In this document: one piece after another, positions 58,308 to 64,000 of the stretch
Layout of the letters: each line of letters opens with the position of its first letter
Numbering within the stretch: the first letter of the stretch is position 1
NCBI GenBank assembly: GCA_031431875.1
Contig: JANPEF010000028.1
Location: 1 to 64,000 of the forward strand
Reading direction: 5' to 3'
Length of the DNA stretch: 64,000 nucleotides
DNA from: Candidatus Eiseniibacteriota bacterium
Lineage (GTDB): Bacteria; Eisenbacteria; RBG-16-71-46; DASYSL01
Notes under the pieces: generated by a model
Database searches by the model: none
What the model was told of the DNA's origin: nothing
Seen by the model: the letters and a program-made list of their open reading frames with translations, nothing else
Made by a program: the position numbers and the translations under genes

Positions 58308-60017
58308 TCACGCTGCGTCCCCGTCGTTGATTCGCGCCGTATCGGGCGGCTCGGTCGGCCGGGCGAACACGGTCTTCGAACGCGTCACCTCGGCGAGTCC
58401 GGCGGGGGCCTTGCGCGGTTTGCGCACGAACTTCTTCTCGGTCACCGTCACCGGCACCGTCCCGGCGTTGCGCGCCTGCGAGTAGAACGCGGCCCATCCT
58501 GCAACTTCGGTGAGCGTCGCCTTGCTCGGCTCGTTCGGTCCCTTGCCGCGACGCAGGACGACGTGCGATCCCGGCGAGCCGTGCACGTGCATCCACACGT
58601 CCTCGGGTCGCGCCAGGCGATGCGTCAGGTGGTCGTTCCCCAGGTTGCTCTTGCCGATCCACACTTCCCAGCCCTCGCTGGTCTTGTAGCGCCGCGGCTC
58701 CAGTGCGCTCGGGATCGCCGGGCGGCCCTTGCCCTGCGCGCGCTTCGGGGTGGCGGCGCCCGAGGTCGCGCGACGAGGCGCTGCCGCCGTTGGCGGCGAG
58801 ATCTCGCCGCGCTCCACGGCCGCGACAACAGCACGGGCGGCGACCAGCTCCGCGCGCGCCGCGTCGATCAGCTCCGGCGCGCGCTCGGCCGCGCGTTCGA
58901 GCTTGCCGGCGCGGGTGAACAGGCGATCGGCGTTCTCGTGCGGGCGCAGCTTCGGGTCGAGCGCGATCTCGAACGTGCGCGACGGATCGGCCGGGTCGGG
59001 CAGCGTGACGCTCGCCGCGCCGCGCACGACCCGCGGCAGGAACGCGACCATGGCGCGGGCGCGGGCGCGCACGTCGGCGGCCTCGGCGGCACCCGCGATG
59101 TCGTCCGTCAGCGCGGCGACCGTGCGCTCGAGCTTCTTGACCCGCGCCTTCGCCGCGGCCAGCGCGTCGGCGTCGACCGGATCGGGCAATGCACGGCCGA
59201 GGGAGCGTGCCGCCTCGTTCCACGAGGGATGCGGCTCGTCGCACGGCTCGGTGGCGAACACGTGGGCGCCGATCGACGGTTCGCTCCACACCATGCCCGC
59301 GATCGACTTCGAGGCGACGTCGTAGGAGCGGCCGGCCCACTCGCGCAGCGTCGCGGCCATCGTCTCGTCGGGCTCGCAGCGATCGTCGAGGATCATCGCC
59401 GGGAGGCACCGGGCGAGCCCCTCGAGCGTTCCCTTCGGAAATCCGGCGCAGCGTCGCGCCAGCGCATGAAGGCGCTCGTCTGCCGGCACGCCGTGGAAGA
59501 TCGATGCGAGAGTCGGCGCGTCGATCGTGGTGGGATCGACCAGCAGCGTGGACGGCGGTGGCGGATACGGCGCATCGGGTTCGATCGCCGTGCGCTTGGT
59601 CGAAGCCTTGCGCACACGCGCACACCACACGATGCGCCGCCCGGTCTCCTCGACGATCACGTTGCCCGGGGCCCACAGCTCGACATGCAGGCGGAGCAGG
59701 CGCCCACCGGGCGCCTCGGTGTCGAGGCTGAACCCTCGATCCAGTGGCAGCGCCGCGACATCTGTGACGCTCGCCCCCTCAGGCGGGCGGTAGACGAAGT
59801 CGCGACCGCCGTCGCGTCCGGCCTCCTCGAGCCAGGCCCACAGCGGCGCGGCCAGCCGCAGTCGCAGCGCAAACCGCCGGCCCGGCCGCACGCCGTCGGG
59901 GGCGCGGTCGAAGATCGCGGCGAAGCCGGCGCGGGTGGGAAACAGGCCGGCCCAGGCGGCGCCAAGGAGCTCGCTGCGCCAGCCGGGAACCAGTCGGGAG
60001 AGGACGAGGGGATCCAT
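58308..60017 (-). CDS. rqcH: NFACT/RqcH (FbpA-like) ribosome quality-control protein
   Basis: C-terminal NFACT-R domain: IGKSNLGNDHLT, WMHVHGSPGSHVV, AAFYS, VRKPRKAPAG; divergent N-terminus. Confidence 0.8.
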   Translation of the reverse strand: MDPLVLSRLVPGWRSELLGAAWAGLFPTRAGFAAIFDRAPDGVRPGRRFALRLRLAAPLWAWLEEAGRDGGRDFVYRPPEGASVTDVAALPLDRGFSLDTEAPGGRLLRLHVELWAPGNVIVEETGRRIVWCARVRKASTKRTAIEPDAPYPPPPSTLLVDPTTIDAPTLASIFHGVPADERLHALARRCAGFPKGTLEGLARCLPAMILDDRCEPDETMAATLREWAGRSYDVASKSIAGMVWSEPSIGAHVFATEPCDEPHPSWNEAARSLGRALPDPVDADALAAAKARVKKLERTVAALTDDIAGAAEAADVRARARAMVAFLPRVVRGAASVTLPDPADPSRTFEIALDPKLRPHENADRLFTRAGKLERAAERAPELIDAARAELVAARAVVAAVERGEISPPTAAAPRRATSGAATPKRAQGKGRPAIPSALEPRRYKTSEGWEVWIGKSNLGNDHLTHRLARPEDVWMHVHGSPGSHVVLRRGKGPNEPSKATLTEVAGWAAFYSQARNAGTVPVTVTEKKFVRKPRKAPAGLAEVTRSKTVFARPTEPPDTARINDGDAA

Positions 60018-60083
60018 GGGTTGTATTGTGGCGGACGGCCGCGTGCGTGGGAACCCCCCCGTCCCGGCCCGGAGGAAAGCTCG

Positions 60084-60401
60084 ATGGCGTGGTGTCAGAA
60101 GTGCAGCGAGGAGTTCCCGTACCGCTCGGGCGACGTGGTCGGGCGCACGCGGACGTGCGAGCAGTGCGACGCGGACCTGCACGCCTGTGTCCAGTGCGAC
60201 CACCACGACTCGCGGGCGAACAACCAGTGCCGCGAGCCGAACTCCGATCGCGTCGAGAACCGGACGGCGTCGAACTTCTGCGACTTCTACCGCCCGAAAG
60301 CGCGGCCGCCGGTGGCGCGCGGCGCAGGCCAGGCGAAGGACGCGGACTCGCGCTCGAAGCTCGAGGGGTTGTTCCGCAAGAAGGGATCCGAGGGATCCTA
60401 G
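60084..60401 (+). CDS. Small Cys-rich putative Zn/Fe-S binding protein
   Basis: GGAGG Shine-Dalgarno; CQKC, CEQC, CVQC, C, NFCDFY. Confidence 0.8.
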   Translation: MAWCQKCSEEFPYRSGDVVGRTRTCEQCDADLHACVQCDHHDSRANNQCREPNSDRVENRTASNFCDFYRPKARPPVARGAGQAKDADSRSKLEGLFRKKGSEGS

Positions 60402-60530
60402 CGGCGGGGAACCGCGCCCACGGCGACGATCGACCCCAGGTTGTCGAGCGGGACATAGGCGAGCGTGAGGGCGATCCCGTCGTGGCGCGCGACGAGTGCC
60501 CCGAGTCGCCTCAGGCGCCCGGTCGGGTCG

Positions 60531-61721
60531 TCAGGCACGCGTCGCGATGCGCAGCTTCGACATCGCACCGGTCAGCGCGTCGATCAGGCGATCGACGTCG
60601 GCCTCGGTCGTCGGGCGACCGAACGAGAAGCGCAGGCAGGCGCCCTCGCCGGTGCCCATCGCGCACAGCACGTGCGAGGGGCCACCGTCCTTCGAGTGAC
60701 AGGCCGATCCCGCCGACACCGAGATACCCTCCGCCGACAGCGCGCCGTGCAGCGTCTCGGTCGGCGCGCCGCGGAAGCACACGTTGACGATGTATGGGGC
60801 GCGCTTCGCATAGGGTGCCGTCTCGTCGGCGACGCCGTTGAGGTGCGCGTCGGGAAAGCGCGCGCCGACGGTGGCGAGGAAGCGCGCCGCGAGTGCCGCG
60901 TAGTGCACCATGTCGGCCTCGCGCGTCTGCTCCAGCAGGCGCGCCGCCTCGGCGAGTCCCACGATCCCCGGCACGTTGTGGGTGCCCGAGCGCAGGCCGC
61001 TTTCCTGGCCGCCGCCGGTGATCACCGGCAGGAGCTTCGTGCCGGGGCGGACGAACAGCGCGCCGACGCCCTTGGGCCCGTAGATCTTGTGCGCGGCGAC
61101 CGCGATGAGGTCGACGTCGGGCCACGCGTCGAACGAGACCTTGTAGCGCCCGAACGACTGCACGGCATCGACGTGAACCAGCGTGCGGGGATTCCTGGCT
61201 TTGACCAGGCGGGAGAGTTCGACGATCGGCTGCACGGCGCCGGTTTCGTTGTTCACGTGCATGATCGAGACGATCACGGTGCCCTCATCGACGAGCGCCG
61301 CCACGGCCGCCGGATCGACGCGCCCGTCGGGGCCGACGGGGGCGATCCGCGCCTCGCAACCCTCGTCCTCCATGCATCGCGCGGTCTCGAGCACCGCGTG
61401 ATGCTCGACCGCCGAGAGGACGACCGAGCGCTTCGCCGTTCCGTCCGGTGCGGCCTTCGCTGCATGGAGCGCTCCGCGCAGCGCGAGCACGTCGGCCTCG
61501 GTGCCACCGGCGGTGAAGATCACGCCGGTCGGCGGGATGCCGAGGATCGCGCCCAGCGTCCGCCGCGCCGCGCCCACGCCCTGGTTCGCCTCGAGCCCCG
61601 CCGCGTGGACCGACGACGGATTGGCGAACTTCTCGGTGAACCAGGGGAGCATGGCCGTGAGTACTTCGGGCCGGACCGGGGTGGTGGCGCTGTAGTCGAG
61701 ATAGAGAGGGGGCTGGCTCAT
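60531..61721 (-). CDS. iscS: Cysteine desulfurase (IscS/NifS family)
   Basis: YLDYSATTP, NPSS, HVDAVQ, AHKIYGPKG, SAGSACHS. Confidence 0.92.
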   Translation of the reverse strand: MSQPPLYLDYSATTPVRPEVLTAMLPWFTEKFANPSSVHAAGLEANQGVGAARRTLGAILGIPPTGVIFTAGGTEADVLALRGALHAAKAAPDGTAKRSVVLSAVEHHAVLETARCMEDEGCEARIAPVGPDGRVDPAAVAALVDEGTVIVSIMHVNNETGAVQPIVELSRLVKARNPRTLVHVDAVQSFGRYKVSFDAWPDVDLIAVAAHKIYGPKGVGALFVRPGTKLLPVITGGGQESGLRSGTHNVPGIVGLAEAARLLEQTREADMVHYAALAARFLATVGARFPDAHLNGVADETAPYAKRAPYIVNVCFRGAPTETLHGALSAEGISVSAGSACHSKDGGPSHVLCAMGTGEGACLRFSFGRPTTEADVDRLIDALTGAMSKLRIATRA

Positions 61722-61770
61722 GGGTGGAGAATAGCCCCGCCTCGGGGCGGCGGACAAGGTGGCCCGCCGC

Positions 61771-62097
61771 TCACGCCTGCTCGGCCGCGAGCAGGGCCGC
61801 GAAGTCGGCGAACTGCGTCGACCACGGGTCGCGCTGCTGCTCGATCCAGGTGGCCACGGCTGCGAGCGGCGCCCGATCGAGCGAGAGGAGGTGTTCCCGG
61901 CCCACCCTGCGCCGGCGGATGAGCCGTGCCCGCTCAAGGACCCGCAAGTGCTTCGATACCGCATTGAGGGACATGGGGAACGGGCGGGCGAGGTCGGTGA
62001 CCCGGACCTCGGCGTCGCCCAGCCGCTCGAGGAGGGCGCGGCGGGTCTTGTCCCCGAGCGCAGCGAGGGTTCGGTCCAGGTCGGGTTCGGGCTCCAT
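61771..62097 (-). CDS. ArsR/SmtB family regulator
   Basis: ALGDKTRRALL, SLNAVSKHLRVLERARLI. Confidence 0.88.
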   Translation of the reverse strand: MEPEPDLDRTLAALGDKTRRALLERLGDAEVRVTDLARPFPMSLNAVSKHLRVLERARLIRRRRVGREHLLSLDRAPLAAVATWIEQQRDPWSTQFADFAALLAAEQA

Positions 62098-62102
62098 AAG
62101 TC

Positions 62103-62130
62103 CAATATTCAACCAAAAGGATGAATATTG
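62103..62130. promoter_or_regulatory. Palindromic operator, probably for the adjacent ArsR regulator
   Basis: Perfect AT-rich inverted repeat CAATATTCA-N10-TGAATATTG, 5 nt upstream of the ArsR start. Confidence 0.7.
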
Positions 62131-62246
62131 CAACTGCATTCTTTGCTTCACCTTCCGAACGTGCCAACCGAGATGCCTGCCTCCGGCGAGCTAAGTTGAC
62201 TTTGGCCCCTCAGTGACGTAGTTTCCGGCCTCTCGGGAGGGGACAC

Positions 62247-63125
62247 ATGATTCGCAGCATGACCGGCTACGGCGCGGCGGAGCGGGCGACGGAGGCAGGA
62301 CGCCTCAGTGCCGAAATCCGCAGCGTGAATCACCGCTATTGTGAAATCTCCCTTCGACTTCCGCGATCCATCGCCGGTCTCGAGGGGGCCGTCCGGGCCT
62401 ACCTGACCGAGCGCCTCGCCCGGGGCAAGATCAACCTGACCGTTACCTGGGAAGGCTACGAAGAGGACGGCGGTCGCCTCAAGGTGAACCACGCCGTGGC
62501 GCAGCAGGTCGTCGCCGCCCTCACCGAGCTCAAGACCAAGTACGATCTGGGAGGCGAGGTCGACGCGCGTTCGGTCGCGACGATGCCCGACGTCCTCACC
62601 TGGGAACGGCCGGCCGGCGACGACGAGAAGCGCTGGACCGAGCTCAAGGTCGTGCTCGAGGCCGTGGTCGAGAACATGGCGAGCATGAAGCAGCGCGAGG
62701 GCCAGTCGCTCGAGAACGAGTTCGAGACGCGCCTCAAGGCGATCGAACGGCTGCTCGCCCGTGCCGAGGAGCGCGCGCCCCTGCGCCCGAAGGAGGCGCA
62801 GGAGCGCATGCTCGCCCGGCTCAAGCCGCTGCTCGGCGACATCCCGGTCGATCCGGTGCGCGTTGCGCAGGAAATCGCGTTTCTCGCCGAGCGGCTCGAC
62901 TGCACCGAGGAGTGCGTGCGCCTGCGCGCCCACCTGAGCCAGTTCCGGCGGCTGTTCACCGACGCCGAGCCCGCGGGACGGAAGCTCAACTTCCTCCTGC
63001 AGGAAATGAACCGCGAGGTGAACACGATCGGCTCCAAGGGCAACGACGCGATCATCGCCGAGGTCGTGATCGAGTTGAAGGATGAGGTCGAGAAGGTCCG
63101 CGAGCAGGTGCAGAATGTCGAGTGA
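62247..63125 (+). CDS. yicC: YicC/YloC family endoribonuclease
   Basis: MIRSMTGYG, SVNHRY, GRKLNFLLQEMNREVNTIGSK, REQVQNVE. Confidence 0.95.
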   Translation: MIRSMTGYGAAERATEAGRLSAEIRSVNHRYCEISLRLPRSIAGLEGAVRAYLTERLARGKINLTVTWEGYEEDGGRLKVNHAVAQQVVAALTELKTKYDLGGEVDARSVATMPDVLTWERPAGDDEKRWTELKVVLEAVVENMASMKQREGQSLENEFETRLKAIERLLARAEERAPLRPKEAQERMLARLKPLLGDIPVDPVRVAQEIAFLAERLDCTEECVRLRAHLSQFRRLFTDAEPAGRKLNFLLQEMNREVNTIGSKGNDAIIAEVVIELKDEVEKVREQVQNVE

Positions 63126-63762
63126 GCGGGCCGAGGCGCCGTCGCGCTTCTCGCGTCGCGGCTTCCTCGTCGTCGTCTCGGGCCCGTCGGGCGTGGGGAA
63201 GACCTCGTTCTGCACGCACCTGCTCGAGACGCGCCGGGACGCCATCCGCTCGGTCTCGGCGACGACGCGCGCACCGCGGCCCGGCGAGGTCGACGGTCGC
63301 GACTACTTCTACCTCGCCGCCGACGGGTTCGCCGCCCGCGCGGCCGCCGGCGAGTTCCTCGAGCACGCCGACGTGCACGGGCATCGCTACGGCACGCCGC
63401 GCCGCTTCGTCGACGAGCAGGTCGGGGCGGGGCGCATCGTGCTGCTGAACATCGACGTGCAGGGCGGCGTGCAGGTGAAGGAGCGCTACCTCGACTCGGT
63501 CGCCATCTTCGTCTGGCCGCCGTCGGTCGATGCGCTCAAGGTCCGCCTGATGGCCCGCGCGCAGGACGACCCGGCCGAGATCGCGCGCCGCCTGGCCGAT
63601 GCGCCCGGCGAACTCGCGCAGTATGGACGGTACGATTACATCGTGGTGAACGAGGACCTGCCCGCGGCGCTGTCCCGCGTGTCGGCGATCGTCGAAGCGG
63701 AACGGGCGCGCGTCTCGCGCCTGGTGCCCGCGGATTCCCTGACGCACACGGAGGAACGGTGA
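63115..63762 (+). CDS. gmk: Guanylate kinase
   Basis: SGPSGVGKT, SATTRAPRPGEVDGRDY, YGT, IDVQG. Confidence 0.97.
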   Translation: MSSERAEAPSRFSRRGFLVVVSGPSGVGKTSFCTHLLETRRDAIRSVSATTRAPRPGEVDGRDYFYLAADGFAARAAAGEFLEHADVHGHRYGTPRRFVDEQVGAGRIVLLNIDVQGGVQVKERYLDSVAIFVWPPSVDALKVRLMARAQDDPAEIARRLADAPGELAQYGRYDYIVVNEDLPAALSRVSAIVEAERARVSRLVPADSLTHTEER

Positions 63763-64000
63763 ACAATCGTGTCTCGCTGGTGATGAACATGCCCACGGGT
63801 GCCAACAAGTACGAAATCGCGATCGTCGCAGCGCGCGAGGCGCGTCGCCTCAACAACCACCTGCGGCTGCACGGCGAGACCGAGACGTCGAGCGCCAAGG
63901 TGACGACGATCGCGCTGGCCTCGACGCTGCAGGGCGAGGTGCCGTTCCAGTACGTCACCGGCCGCCCGTTGCCCGCCGAGTCGCAGCCGACGCCGCCGTC
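63759..64000 (+). CDS. rpoZ: RNA polymerase omega subunit (runs off the window end)
   Basis: GTG start overlapping the gmk stop; NKYEIAIVAAREARRLN...KVTTIAL; gmk-rpoZ synteny; not in the ORF track because no stop is in the window. Confidence 0.85.
   Translation, partial: MNNRVSLVMNMPTGANKYEIAIVAAREARRLNNHLRLHGETETSSAKVTTIALASTLQGEVPFQYVTGRPLPAESQPTPP

Overview
A very GC-rich bacterial chromosomal window. Gene content (FlgD-Ig/T9SS-like C-terminal domain, PorV-family barrel, LpxH, several sigma54 activators) suggests a Gram-negative FCB-group lineage such as Candidatus Eisenbacteria; this is an inference. Most of it is housekeeping: initiator tRNA-Met, eno-ftsB, an ECF sigma/anti-sigma operon, rlmN-ntrYX-like genes, lpxH, degQ, an amidase, tyrA, fur, rho-rpmE-prfA-prmC-murA, selB, rqcH, iscS and yicC-gmk-rpoZ. 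Small accessory genes cluster at about 42-49 kb and 54-58 kb. No CRISPR array, rRNA, integrase or transposase was seen. The standout is at 17.2-22.8 kb: a sigma70-type promoter drives a small exported peptide gene and a ~1030-aa TPR-GAF-AAA+ sigma54 activator. These are followed by a terminator, a sigma54 promoter, a ~570-nt apparently non-coding, highly structured, GGA-containing segment with its own terminator, and a second perfect sigma54 promoter ahead of a lipoprotein gene. This is a candidate peptide-signal/TPR-activator/large-sRNA regulatory circuit. Other observations: a 90-bp diverged duplicate of the selB 5' end flanking an inverted gene, an orphan antitoxin with a possible toxin tail remnant, candidate structured RNAs near fur and an HMA gene, and odd substitutions near the Rho P-loop. 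Family names come from motif recognition, not from database searches.
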